A stretch of 55,196 nucleotides of DNA, counting the filler, from Sphacelaria rigidula (lineage: Eukaryota), in NCBI GenBank assembly GCA_964200075.2. It is 3 parts of 3 records of this genome, joined end to end, with 100 filler letters (N's around TTAATTAATTAA, not from the genome) between each part and the next. Parts side by side here need not be neighbours in the genome. Positions count along the whole stretch, not along the records: positions 1 to 18,333 come from CAXNAA020000871.1; 2 more parts are not named here. One strand, written 5' to 3'. Shown here piece by piece: positions 1 through 12,433 of this stretch. A program made the position numbers and the translations under genes. The notes beneath the pieces were generated by a model, which ran no database searches, was not told the DNA's origin, and was given only the letters and a program-made list of their open reading frames with translations. Every line of letters begins with the position of its first letter. The first letter of the stretch is position 1.

Positions 1-69
1 CCCGGCGTTGTAGGGATGCGAGGTCAATGGTCTGATGACTACGGCATGCATGATCATGAGTACACCCCT
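1..69 (+). repeat. C-tailed interspersed module, type A (truncated by contig start)
   Basis: GGGATGCGAGGTCAATGGTC...ACTACGGCATGCATGATCATGAGTACACCCC matches 19395-19450, 20434-20490 and the reverse complement of 1156-1215. Confidence 0.85.
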
Positions 70-94
70 TGTACATGCGTGACATTTTGGTATC

Positions 95-524
95 AACACG
101 GGATTTTACAAATTGGGAATGGATCTTTATTTGGGATTAAAATCCCGGAGAATTTAGATATCCATATCCACACCAAATCTTCAAAGTATGCTTCCATTTC
201 TTCAGTTGCTGGTAGCTATTTACAACTACTACACGCCATACAAATTTGGAGTTCAATAACCGAAATGTCGGGGTGCTAGGTGAAAAAACATTTTTTGCGT
301 CCGATCGGACACCTAAAATTCCCCAAAATTGGTTTTTCACCTAGGACCCGACATTTCGTACATCGAGATCCAAATTTGTACGGCGTGCAGTAGTTGTCAA
401 TAGCTACTAGCGAGTGAAGAAATGGAAGCATACTTCGAAGACTCGGTGTGGATACGAAGATTTGAATTCTCCGGATTTTCATCCCCAATAAAACATCCAT
501 CCCCACTTTGTAAAATCCCGTGTT
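95..524. mobile_element. Foldback/hairpin MITE, ~430 bp, inverted repeat along nearly its whole length
   Basis: AACACGGGATTTTACAAA at 95 pairs with TTTGTAAAATCCCGTGTT ending at 524. Inner arms also pair (AAGTATGCTTCCATTTCTTCA / TGAAGAAATGGAAGCATACTT). TATC flanks both ends directly. Confidence 0.85.
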
Positions 525-1145
525 TATCGCGGATTGGATCACGACCATCAACACTACCGCACCCGATTCTCGCCAGAATTCTTTGCTACTCGCATCCTCG
601 CGTTGTCGATGACAGAGGCAAGATTCTTGGAAACAGAGATCTGTTGGGATTCAAACCAGCGGCCCCCGTGAATCCAACATTTTTAGGAACCCCGCCCCCC
701 TCCGTTCCGGAGGTAAGATTTCAATTCTCGAGCACCCAACCTTAAAAAAAGCGTGTTCCTGACATCCCTGCGGTTTCACAAGTCCGGTCCCCTAGGCAAC
801 TTCCACGAAGGGTTTTCACCCATTCAACGGGCAGCTTGCGGTAGCGGGCCCGGTCACAAGCACAGGTCACTCTCGAACCCTGAATAACCTGTGTATTCTC
901 CGTACCACACCCATGAACCTAAAATTTACAACTGCAGGACGAGCAAAGCCCTCGCGGTACTCAGTCTTTCGTGGCAGTGCAGTGTTCTCACAACAGTTAA
1001 AAATTAGTGTCCTATGTTCGTAACTTAGGTGAGTCTGCCCCTGATGGGTCTCACATGGCTCTGGATTGTGCCGTGTGCCTGGGAGGCTACGGTATCTTTT
1101 GTCTCCACAAGCTACCGGAGGTGGGGTACTGTGGGCTTTTTTGTG

Positions 1146-1312
1146 GAGGGGGGAAGGGGCGTACTCATGATCATGCAAACCGTAGTCTTAAGACCATTGG
1201 CCTCGCATTCCCCTAAAACCGAGACGGAGCACGTCGGGGTTTCGCCGGATCAGGGGGGGGGGGGGTCGTACCATTTGTTGCTCGCCTTAGTCGATTGGAC
1301 ATTGAGCTCGGG
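1146..1312 (-). repeat. Tandem C-tailed modules, type B then type A
   Basis: Minus strand: GACTAAGGCGAGCAACAAATGGTACGA(C)n-CTGATCCGGCGAAACCCCGAC...GCATGATCATGAGTACGCCCC. Confidence 0.8.
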
Positions 1313-1992
1313 GGTGTTTTTCACCGAATCTGCGCCACCGGGTACCGGCAAAGAACTCCATGTACACAGTGGGCTCACGACATTGACTGGATAGCACCCT
1401 CACAAAACATAATGCGGGATGGCAACGTTTGGGGTCCTGGTGTCTTGTTTCGAAGATACGTATCCCCCTGATTCAACCCCTTAATCTTCCGCCTCGGCTG
1501 ATTAAAGGTGTATTTAATCAACTACACAACCGGGGCGCCTCAGCTATGTTCGTTAAGTATATACACCCGCATGACTAGGAAATGATATCGGGGATTTTAA
1601 AGTAGCTTCGAACCAGACACCCTTTGTACAAGACCATTGGGCTGTGCTGAGGACAGGTACTTTACTGACAAAACAAACGGATTTCGGAAGTATTCGTTGG
1701 TGATTTTGGCTCGATTCTGAATCTCGAGCCTGCAATAGTTGGGATTTTATCTTCCTCAACCCTTCGATCGCGGGATGGGTTATCTCCGTCTTACGCCCAC
1801 CTCTCATGTGAAACTCAAGTCGATGCAGCAGGTGACCCGCCACCCTGGCAGCCAAACGGCTAAGGGAGAAATGTTAGTACGAGTACCATTCGGTTAAAAA
1901 TCGTCTGAGATCACGGAAACAAAATTACCACCTTACCCTGCGAACATTCTCATGCGGTGTTACTACGAACCTGTACCCCTTACCCATAGCAT

Positions 1993-2590
1993 GCACATAA
2001 GGTACAAGACAGATATCACGAGTCAAGAATGATTGCAAGCTTCGCAGTAAAACTCGCTAGTCAGAACTTCCAAGCTACGTAGCAAGTCTTTCACCGTAGT
2101 TTCAGTCGGTAGTTGGATAGTACTAATCTTTCATTTTCTTTAAACCAGGACATATTCGTTTCTTTTCCTTTCCTTCCTTTCTCTCCCCGGTGAACTCGGG
2201 GGAGCTACTTCTCACCGGTTTTCGTGGTGTCTCTCTTCTTATTTTTATTTTCGGGAGTGTGGCTTGTAAGGAAAAGCAGGAAACGGTATTGGAAAGGCGA
2301 GCTTACGTCTGTGACCACGGGTCCGCGCGATCGGACAAATGTACGGAAATAATAACAATAAATAATGTTCGATTTCAGGCAGAATCTGGCTCACATAGTT
2401 TCTTGTTCTGACTAGTCTCTTTTTTATTTTATATTACATACATATTCTCGAGTTTCCTTTACCTAGTGTTTCTGTTTCTGTTTACCTTGGGTACGTCCAT
2501 ATTTTGGATAATGACCACAGCTGGATTTCTACAGGATCAGTCAATGGGCGTCAATCAATTTATCCTTCAATCAATCAATCAATCAATCAA
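1993..2590 (+). mobile_element. 5'-truncated retroposon (LINE 3' end or SINE) with (TCAA)n tail and 9-bp TSD
   Basis: CCATAGCAT at 1984-1992 and 2591-2599 flanks a unit that ends in tandem TCAA repeats. Confidence 0.7.
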
Positions 2591-4670
2591 CCATAGCATA
2601 TGCCTGTTGATGCTTACTGTCATCCAGGTACGGTTCGTCGTGGTGCGTGCAGACGTGAGTACAAGTCAAAAGTAGTATCCAGCAGAAACACTACACATTT
2701 AGTACATGAACGCACGAACACTGCACCTTGATGTAGGGGGCCAAGTAGGTGCTGGCGTGTTTTCTGTCCGCCTCTGATATCGTCGCCGACCTGCTCACGT
2801 TGTGAGTAACCGTCAATTTCTGCATCAAAAACCATCAAGAACGGACGACCATGCTCGGGGTTAATCCAACCCTCGTGCCTGTCAATGACTCGAGGGGTTA
2901 GCCCAACCTCTGTGGCCGTGAACTGGCCGGCGTTGTTTTCAACCTTCGTGGGTGTCAACAAAAAGAACGGAAGATCTCTACTGCGGGACATGAGAATTTT
3001 GCACAGGAACATCTCGTGCATGTAAAACCAATCCGGGAAAGGGTCTCACTGGGGCGCGTGTGACCCGCTGGCACAATCCACGGGAGCTCGCTCACGCGGA
3101 CAGCCCTGGTCGCCCCTTACAATCAAGGCAAGTTTGACACGAGCATAAACCAAGGATGATTATCTATGAGCGTGCTGTCGTGACCACCCCCTTCCTTACT
3201 GACAAACTTCGAAGCTGATTTTTGTTGTTGTCGGCCACGCAGAGATTTGCAGTCGTTGTTGACACCTGAACATCCTTCAAAGATACTTCTCCAAAGTGTC
3301 CATGTTATGGGCGACGCTGTGCGCAGATAAGTCATGTACTTTACTGAGTAACGTCAAAGGTGTACCCCCTCCGGTGGAAGACCTTGGTCCTTTGGGTTAT
3401 GAACACCCGCTTCCCGAACTCATGTGTATCGCGCTCCGTACCGTATTTCTCAGGCTACGTACAGTCCGCCACCGAGTACCTCGTCATGAATATTGAGGTG
3501 GTTTGAGTACCCCACGCCAGCACTCCAAACCATGAACATTTCAACACACCCAACAACGTGATTTAGTTCTTCGGGTAGGAGTAGAAACTCTCTCTCCCCC
3601 TCCCCCCCCCCCCCCCCTTCGATGTGTACGCCCCCTCCCCCTTCGATGTAAGTCATGTATTTGCCATCAACTCAGAATCGGAAATAGGTAAATTGAATCC
3701 CTGACCAAACCGCATCGAGTTGCACGCGAATGCTTCCTTGTTCAACGACTTATGTTTCACATCTCGTATCTCTTTGTATTGATACCATGGACACTGTCAA
3801 CAATATAAAAAATGAACAGCACTCCCTTGTGCCCAAGACCAGTTGTTAAATGGGAGACGCCTTAGCTGTTGTTTGCAGACCTCGGTGAGCAATAGATGTC
3901 GTCATTTCAACTCATATGGTGATGACTAACACTCCCTCCGCCCCAGCCCCCACCGCCGCCTCCGCTGCGGTAACTCATATTCGGCATCGGCACCTCGGAG
4001 AAAATCGTCTCGGATTCAATCTACCATGACGAATGCAAAGTTATCGAGGAACGAACGCTCCGTTCTAGTATTTCCTTTATTTGATCATTTTTTTTCGTCA
4101 CGGTCGGTTACGTGACGTTCAGGTCACGTGGAAGTACCGCGGTCTACCTCAACGTTCGTTTTCCCGCTCGAATTTACCATGGGGAAATCTCATTCCCAAT
4201 GTTTTCTCCGAACTTTCATTGCGCCGAATTTTCCCCGAGGACAGGTCCCCCTCGTGATGTACTATGCCATCATATTGCGCGTGCTGCTGCTAGGCGTGTG
4301 CGGATTGTATCGATTTTGATTGGTGTGCGGTCAAACTCTGAGGGAACCCCTGGAAAGCTAGGGTATCTCCAGGCGGAAATGACATCACAGAACATCACCC
4401 TTTGTCGTTGGGAATACCCCCCTCGAGTGGTGAGCTGCAGGGGGGTCCTCACCACCATGAAAAGAAAAAGGGACACCAAGCACCTTGATTGATCGCGACT
4501 GACCTGAACGGAGCCACCCCGCTCAGCAGAGTTGTCCTCGCCAAGTATGTCCCTAGCCTTGTGGCTAATCTGTTAACAAAAAAAGCGAAACCAAAAGAAC
4601 AATATTTGTGTTCATCAGAGTCTTGTAGTATTATTCCTTTGTGGTCCCTGAAGGTTTCGGGTGACTGTCA

Positions 4671-4712
4671 CTGCTGTTATCGTTGTTGCTGCTGCTGCTG
4701 CTGCTGTCGTTG
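4671..4712. repeat. (CTG/TTG)n microsatellite
   Basis: ctgctgttatcgttgttgctgctgctgctgctgctgtcgttg. Confidence 0.8.
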
Positions 4713-6044
4713 TCATTGTGTGGGTGGAATGTCCACATTGCTCCACAAAAGCCGGAATTGCCATGAAAACGTTATGACGGAAAAGTGAAATATTCTGTGG
4801 AATACGGGTAAATGTGCGTTATTTGGATTAAAACGTAATCCTGTACAGTAGCAGGTCATTTTCCTCTACTGTATCAACTGAGTCTGCCCCGGCATGCTTT
4901 TCTCGTCTTCTGAACAGAAACGGTATGAGTGATCCACAGAGATTCGAATACGTACTTTGTTGGAAATTGAGGAACTGCTGCGTACACGTGTGTGTCATGT
5001 TTCATAATCAAGAGCTTGATTCATCAATGAAGTGTTTGCCTCGGATGAACTTACCATCTGCGAGTTCGGCTGTGCTCGCACGGTGGACGTGTATCCAAGG
5101 TAAGTGCACAGGACAATCGCTACAGGAAACTCGAGGAGAAAAAAAGACAAAATAGGGAGAGAGTAGGTTAGAGCCCGGAGCACTTCAATCGCCCAGGTGT
5201 GTTCCATCGTCGGTTGAATGGTCGCGGGATCAAGTGACCGTCAGACATACATTCGAAGTAGCTTATGTGTTCGCGCTCCAAAGGTTTTCTTAATCTCTCG
5301 CCTAATTCACAAAGTAGCACGAACCGCTGTTTTTTTTACTCAGAAGAGAAAAAACAACATGATTAGTTGAGGTCCACAGCACTTTTGTGTAGCTTGGCCG
5401 GCCATCACGCATCTAACGACGAAAAAGAGGGACTGACGTGAGAGGTGAACCGCAACGGTGAAGCAAGATTCGGATGTCTTCGTTCTATGGGTTTGTTTTT
5501 TGGGTATGAATGCGCCTAATAGGCACAGCTGTGGCATTCGGTACCTCGACGCTGGAGTTTGCAGCTTCCCATGAGGGGGGATAGGGAGTAGGGGGAAGGG
5601 ACGGGGTATCAGTCTTCTCGTTCTCTGTCGCCATACACGAAAACCTGTTGGTCGTTTGCATGAATCAATCTTGCAATGAGTACACGAACAAGCAGCGATT
5701 CGCCATCGTCTGAACTTATAATTTGTACAGGTCGACTCTTGCGGAGATTTTTGCCCCTGCCGGCCATTCGCACGGCATGACATCAAGCGTACATTTTTCT
5801 CCTCCACACGTGAGATTCGCATAGCACAAGTCTTCATCGCATTTATCTAACCCCTGATGTCAACGTTGTGAATCCAACACATGATGTTCTGCTCTTTAGT
5901 TCGCACGGCACTATTCTTGTCATACAATGTATAGTAGTCAATCCGCACGCGAGCTAGGCGAATTTTGTAATTTGGTATTTCATCATCTTCTCGCATACCG
6001 TTCATCCTTAGCACTCGGAAGTACAAGAGTCGAAATATAATGGC

Positions 6045-6480
6045 GGGAAAACAGGTCGTGCTCAGGACAAAATCCCGAAGTTGGTGTTGTCGGGGTAATA
6101 CGGAGTAAAGACCCGGTTTATCATGAGGGTGTTATTGACCGTCATTTGACAAAAAAAAAACGCAATGTTTCGGCTCTAGCGCAATGAATAGGTGAAAACC
6201 TCAGGTAAATACATTATTTTTATTTGTTCACGAGAACGATCGGGATTGCTTTAATCTCTCAAAAATACCGGAGGGTCAGAACCTGGAGCTGTGTAGTCGC
6301 AGAACCCCCGAGAACCGGCCACCCCGTGGTCTTACAACATTGAATGCAGAAGTGGTCTTCTTTTCGGAATGTGAAGCGGGTGCTAGTGTCTCCCGATCTC
6401 CACACTTTCGGATCAAACGTCTACTGTGATGAGCGATGGCACGCGAAAAATCCCCGAAATAAATATCCAAATACAGAGTT
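6045..6480 (+). repeat. Interspersed repeat homologous to the reverse complement of 39500-39930
   Basis: Shared blocks GTGTTGTCGGG(G)TAATACGGA, GGCTCTAGCGC, ATTTGTTCACGAG(A/G)ACGATCGGGATTGCT and GTAGTCGCAG(A/G)ACCC. Confidence 0.75.
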
Positions 6481-7256
6481 CGCCCAATGCTCATGCGAAT
6501 TATAATAGTGTATGCGCGAGATGAACACCTGCAGCATAGTCGTGTACAACCAGGAAAACACGAAGACATCCCAGAAAAAAAAAGCTCCGCCAGTGGCACG
6601 AGCGAGAGGTCCCGAGGCACTCGCACCCGTTACAGACGGATCTCCTTTACCCTAGGGAAGCCATACAGCACAGTACAAGAGCTCAAACATAACAGAGTCG
6701 ACATATTCCCAGTACCAATCTCTGTGAAACTGCCTGCTAGCCAGCTGCCAGCCAGACCCTTACCCTACATGGCAAGAGAGAAAGAACACTTCAAATTCGG
6801 AGTACCTTCGGCGACGGAACTACGCAGAAGCCTTAAGCTCGAAAACTCGAAGACACACCTACTTCTTCGGCAGCACAAGCAGCCGTGACTGTAGACCACT
6901 ACTAATAATACATCCACAGCAAGCATGACCCCTTCGCATCGCCCTTGATTCGTGCAGCATGACATCTTACATGCTGGCGTTTCACCCTCGATTCGTCAAG
7001 CACGACTCTCTTGGCGCTTTTTCCTCGACCGTGAGTCGTACGCGATGACTCGTACAATCATGATTCGTCCCATGTGTGTGGGATCTTGTGCACTACATAC
7101 AAGGCGGACCCCTGCCCCGAAGTGTAGTCGTAAATGCTCGTGTACGCGTGCCTGAGATACTCGTTCAAGGGTATGAGGGGCCAACGGCGGCGCCCCACCC
7201 CTCCGCCCCTGTTGAGGGTAGTGGCGAAAGAAGATGTACGTGGCCGACTCTCTCAA

Positions 7257-7534
7257 GAGTCATGCTACGATAGTGGGGGGGTGGGGGGCGGGGGGCGTAT
7301 TTTGGGCCGTTTTCTTCCACGAAATTCCACTTGAATCGCCGTTGAAAGCAGCCAACAGTTGTTCGAACACGCTTGCTCCCGATACATAACGCTAATTCAT
7401 ACTGTTTTACATGGCTTTCACCCAAATACGAGCGCACCGCGAGTGTTTTAGGTCGTTTGACGCATCCATGAGGATCTTTTTTCGTGGAATCGAACACCCT
7501 TCCCCCCCCCCCTCCCCCTATCGTAGCATGGCTC
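7257..7534. mobile_element. 278-bp MITE with GAG..CTC termini and 4-bp TSD (Sola-like)
   Basis: TIRs GAGTCATGCTACGATAG(G-run) and (C-run)CTATCGTAGCATGGCTC; TCAA at 7253-7256 and 7535-7538. Confidence 0.78.
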
Positions 7535-8129
7535 TCAAGATTTTGCCGGTAAAGTTCACGGATACCCTGTTCTGTCCCGGAAGCAATGAACGAACTCGGG
7601 TCTCGTACAGCTACGTTGGGATGTTTAGAGCCTGGAGCTAACGAGGGACTGGAAAAATACATAGCGTCAACCCTTTCACTCAGACCCACGGTCGAAAGAT
7701 CGAAGATATCCGAGAAGCCACGCGTGGAGACATGACTCGTCTGACGTGAGGTGCGTCGTTGCAACGACAATCTTTAAATTGTTTTCTCCCACGCGAAAAG
7801 CAAATGTGCAATCAATTTGGAAAATTGGATGGCACCAAAACTCGAGTCAGGTACGCCAGTATAGCGTAAAGGAGTTACCAGGAGGGAGTAATGTTACGTA
7901 GGGCTGGTGCATATACATGATAGAGGAATGTATAGGCGTTTAAAAAGATGAAAGGGGGAAGAGAAGAGAGAAAAAGAAAGCGGTCATTTCAAGGAAAAAT
8001 GGTACTTGAGAACAAAATTGAAATGTTGATGAAACGGGAAAAAGAACAGCAGGTATGTAGGTGGGGAGACAAAGGGGCTGAAAGAAGACGACCATCGCAT
8101 ACAGTACCGCGCAGTCGGTGGCGAATGTG

Positions 8130-11100
8130 GTACGTCCATTCGGTCAGGTAGGTTCTCCGTTTCTCTTCCTCCTTCGCTTACCCATGTCTTTTCTCACTAG
8201 CGGTTTTCTCCCCGGCCGTCCATGCCAGTTTGAAATATCTCGCTTCGTGGTCCACCTGAACGTGTCCTCGGGGGCTAGCTTTGGCGTCTGTTCCCTGGTT
8301 GCCAGGTCTTTTCTCAGGTCGTCGGTGCGTCATGTCCACCAAATCTTTTCCGCCTCCCCCTGTGCGCTCCCCTTCGCGTCCAAGACTCGTCGGTAATCAT
8401 CTTGGGCCAGCGTGCGCCGTTCAGGCATGCGATTCGTCCAGCGGAAAGGAGTCTCCTCCTCCGCATTGGTGTGGGGATGCTCTGGTATTCCGTTCCCCCG
8501 AGAGCTTTCACGTAAGACAGAACCATTCACATAGGTTCGCGAAGTTGTTGGGTGCCGCGCACTAGAGGTCGATGGCATATTGTGCGCCGTTATTCGGGAT
8601 GGACGATATTCGTGGCGGGCCTGATTCAGCGTTCACGTTGAGGAGCGGTAGAGGAGGACTATGAGCACTTCGACTTTCAGGATCCGGATTTTGATATCCA
8701 GCGGTGCTGCCTATATTCCTCTGTCGTACAGCACTCGTCCTAACGTCCTGTACTTCCATCGCACGAGTGGGGTCGGACCTTTGAGCTCGGGGGTTTCATG
8801 AGCCACTCCGTTGATGGGGACCCTCAGATATGTAAAGATGTCTGTCCGGACCGACCGCAGCCTCGCTGCTCCCATGTCTTTTGTATACGCTTTTCTGTGC
8901 AGTGTAAACATATGCATGTGTTCCGTGTCCGCCGATACGGTCAGTCCAAACGCTTAGCAAGCTCGGACAATTGCTATCACCTTCTCGGCGAGGCTTGTCT
9001 ATCGCCATGGCACAATGCCTGCGGCGTCGGCTGACAGCATAAGCCACAGCTTCTGCTCAAGCGCATTGTAGTTCTATTCCTCCCCAGCCCCAATATCTTC
9101 GCACTGGTGTACTGCGTTCGCCTCCATTTCGCCTTGGTCCGGCGCTAATTTCCCCCCCTTGTGTCTCTCCTTCCTCCTCCCCCCCCCCTCCTTTTCCGCT
9201 TCGTGATGAACCCCATGCCGTTGAATCCCGTTTCGTCTCGGAGTAACGTCTACTTCGCCGGGTTCAGGAGCGCGATGAAAACGGTTGAATAACAAAGAGG
9301 TCACCTACAACCACACGAGCACGGCCCAGAGGAGGGTGCGGTCGACCGAGTCATGCGCTTCGGCTCGATCAATGGAGCCCGTGCACAGTAGAGTGTTGTG
9401 GGGTCTGTACAGAGCTCCTACAGTCTGCGCATGAACACTTTACCGGCGTGTGCTGCCAGTGATATGTCTCTGCACACTGTCCTTCCATACCTAGTACAAC
9501 ATCTCTTCTTTCCGCACCCCGATGATTTCCTGGATTGATGTTGTTCTCCCATATACCTTGTTTGAACCGTTCCGGTGGTAAATCATCTGATCTCGGTGCC
9601 TTCCCATTCACGGACATGCCCAAGGCGTCTGTCGTCTCTTCAGTGGTCGCCGCCGCAGCCAACGACATCTCGGCTGAAGCTCGCGGGATTCTCATCACGA
9701 TAGTGGGGTCGATGATGTCCGCCTTGGCGTTCACTAGCTCGTAAAAGGGTCTCCCCCATCTCTTGAGTACATCCGTCTGGCCTGTAAGTTGCCCTGTTCG
9801 TCCCCAACATGTTGAGATTGCCATTCCCTTTATCCTTCGAGATTCATCCCCTTCGAGTGTGCGCGCGTGTTGGCCGCCTTCGTCTCACAGCCATTATGTA
9901 CACTTGGCGTGGTTGTTCAGGCACATTACGACTGCGATTTCTTGAGCTGCTTGAGCAATTTGTCGGCCGAGAATACCACCTGGGAACTCTTCGCGGAGGC
10001 GGCCTCTGCAACTTTCCGCACACCGTGGCTACCCTGACATCCGTTCTCAATAGATTCGTGTGTGTGTTTGGGGTCGTACAAGCCGAGACGACGCGTTCGT
10101 CGCGATGCTGGTGGGATATCCCGCTCTCTACGGTGCAGATGTACCAATGAAGAAGAAGGTGGTTAAGCTATCGATCATGGGTGTTGTTGTGAGGTGTCTT
10201 GTGGAACAGAACTGTGCTCCGATGGCATGGGTCACTTTCCCTCGGACGGGTGGATTCGCGAAGTGGCTGCGATCCAGTTGTTTACTTTCGCCTCCACTGG
10301 TGCGATGGTATTTCCGGCGGTTGGTGGCGTTTTGGCTCAGTAGTCGGGTCGGCACGTGCACAATTGAGTGATGGGAGTCACCCTTCCCTACGTTGTCCAC
10401 ACCTGCGGTTTGTGCGAGACGGTGATCTGCTTGGCACATGAGTACATGCCCCAGTCGATATGTCGCCGCCGGGGGTTCCGTCCCTACGGACGTGTGCGAT
10501 CAACCTTCTTCGCGCGTGCTGCAGCAGGTGCTGACTGAGAATATATTTATGTCTCCGGCATGTGTCATGAGCAGGGTATCGTTCTCCATCTGTGCGTCGC
10601 GACCGTAGGCATCCACGATTTCCCTGCTGGTACTATCTCGTACGCCCGTGCGGGCGCTGGCATCCACCAGTACGAAGCGTCGGTCTTTGCGTAGTGTCTG
10701 TACCTTAGCATACCCAGTGCAGTCCAGAACGTAGATTGGGCGCTCAAGGTTGCGCATACAGTTAGAGCGCATGCGACAATGGAGATTGACGAGGTATCTT
10801 TGCGTGTCCTGCGGATCCATGCCTTCATCATTCATTCATCCGTTGACGCCCTCAACCAACACTTACTCCTTCCCAATGAACGGCTTTCCCACCATCGAGC
10901 AAGTCCGCGCAGGTTGGAACTGTCGGTGCTCCCGTTGGAGTGCGTATTAGATCCAATTGTGGGTGTCGTGGTGCATCCGACGCGCTCGGCTTGATGGAGT
11001 GCAAAATTTTCATGACGCAGTGTTTTCAACACCGACCATCAGTGTGTTCGCAACGCTACCTCCGTGCTCTCCGTAGATGGCCATCGTGGTCCAGGTGCCA

Positions 11101-11200
11101 ATCTCAGCCTCCTACGTCTGATTCTTGCTCACGCTTGCTACCCGTTGTACTCAAACTTCCTTTTTTTGCTGCGATCCACCCTGGTCTACCGCGTCTCCTG
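8130..11200 (-). mobile_element. Degenerate non-LTR retrotransposon (RTE-like LINE, APE endonuclease plus RT); boundaries approximate
   Basis: Frameshifted fragments in the expected order: FVLVDASARTG..DAYGRD (APE GDFNA-like), DSHHSIVHVPTRLL (SDH motif), TTEETTDALGMSVNGKAPRSDDLPPERFK (pre-RT KAPGxDG), SLLFNRF, DIFTYL, RRRRLLSAGRIACLNGARWPKMI (RTE C-terminus). Confidence 0.85.
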
Positions 11201-12284
11201 TATATCCGCTATGAAATGAAACCGTGCAACCTATCCCCTCTATCCCCGCGCTTGCCTTGGATATCGGCCCTGGGGCTTAGCCCTCTCGCGGCTCGTCGAG
11301 CCATCTGTACTGTCTCCATCATGGTCAAATTTGGGCCCTGCAAGGCGCCACCGAGCCTCAACGCTGCGTCCGCCGCGGAGACGAACTCTACGTTTTTCTG
11401 CAGCATTTTCCAGGTTCTACAAGACGATTCCCAGCAGCCAATTCCCTCATTCCCCGAAGGCGGGCCATCACTCGGTCGCCTTTGATCGCGTCAATTTAGG
11501 CAGCCTACCCACGTCGCTATTGTTTCCGAGCGGGTGGCCGCTTTTTTGCTTATCTTTACCGGATAATGGTGCATATTATCATATAAAAAACTGTATATTT
11601 GAACAAATGTTCAGTCAGTGCGACTTCTGCCCAGTGTTGCACAGTACAAGACAGTAGAGCGCAGCGCAGTGCAGTGCAAGGTAGTCTTATCTGCCAATCT
11701 GTGTGTGGACCTGTCACCAACAGACATGACTTTCACCATGATGTCAGTGCAGCAGCGTCGTGCAGGGGGGCATTGACTTTTCAGCGGCCACGAGCCAACA
11801 AATATACCAACTGTGTTGCCAGTACTACAATTGCTGCTCTGTAATAGTATACAGCCACTGGCAACGTGCGCAACTTGATGATGGTGGACGGAGGTAACGT
11901 CGCTCCAGACCACGCTTTAACCGCCGACTGGTCGGGGTACACAGAGGTAGTGGATGCAGGCACTGCTGCATTAGCCGGCCGCTTCATGCCAGCATTTGCC
12001 CTGGCCTTACTCGTTGCCAGGTGTTTTTACGTATAGGTGTCGTTTGGTGTGGGGTGGTGTGTTTGGTGCTGTGGCGTTGTCGTCCCATTTGTTCTGGACG
12101 CCAGTTTACACCTTTCGGTACATGTGGGCGCATCAGCCTGGGCCATACAAGAAGAAGGGCAGCACGGGATTTTTTTCCGCTTGTTCTTTCATTTTAGTAC
12201 TTCGCCTCCCTTCTGCAGTGCTTGCCTCATTTTTTATCGCGAAAGGAGTTCAGTGATCCCTTTCCCTCGTCGACCGTGAAGTCG

Positions 12285-12433
12285 AATTTTATTTACCCAC
12301 GACATATTCGCTCTCCACTGTTAGGCAAGGTGTGAGCAAAATTCCAGATCGGGTGACTTCACCGAGAGTCGAACCCGCGACCCAACCGTCACAAGGTTCG
12401 AGGTTATCGACTGAGCCACCGGGGCGACCGGTC
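12285..12433 (-). mobile_element. tRNA-derived SINE
   Basis: Minus strand GCCCCGGTGGCTCAGTCGATAACC...GCGGGTTCGACTCTCGGTG has Pol III A- and B-box-like motifs at tRNA spacing, no proper cloverleaf, and an unrelated body. Confidence 0.7.

Larger units (their letters stand above)
560..3550 (-). mobile_element. Decayed Mutator-like (MULE) transposase remnant, interrupted by younger insertions; boundaries approximate
   Basis: Fragments across frames in MULE order: EFGKRVFI..TKV..RGTPLTLL (first Asp region), LALIVRGDQG (second Asp), FPDWFYMHEMFLCK (CxxH-like), YLDDSKHQQAYAMG, and a C-terminal zinc-knuckle-like DLCLxPG..ASCP near 830-870. A relic intron (gtaagg...tactaac...ttag) lies at ~1860-1937. 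Confidence 0.5.

Noticed and set aside
7165..7770. 201-aa ORF
   Set aside because: It runs straight through the 278-bp MITE, and its poly-Gly/Pro stretches come from the G/C tracts.
12358..12432. Functional tRNA gene
   Set aside because: A/B boxes are present but the anticodon arm and acceptor stem do not form; better explained as a SINE head.
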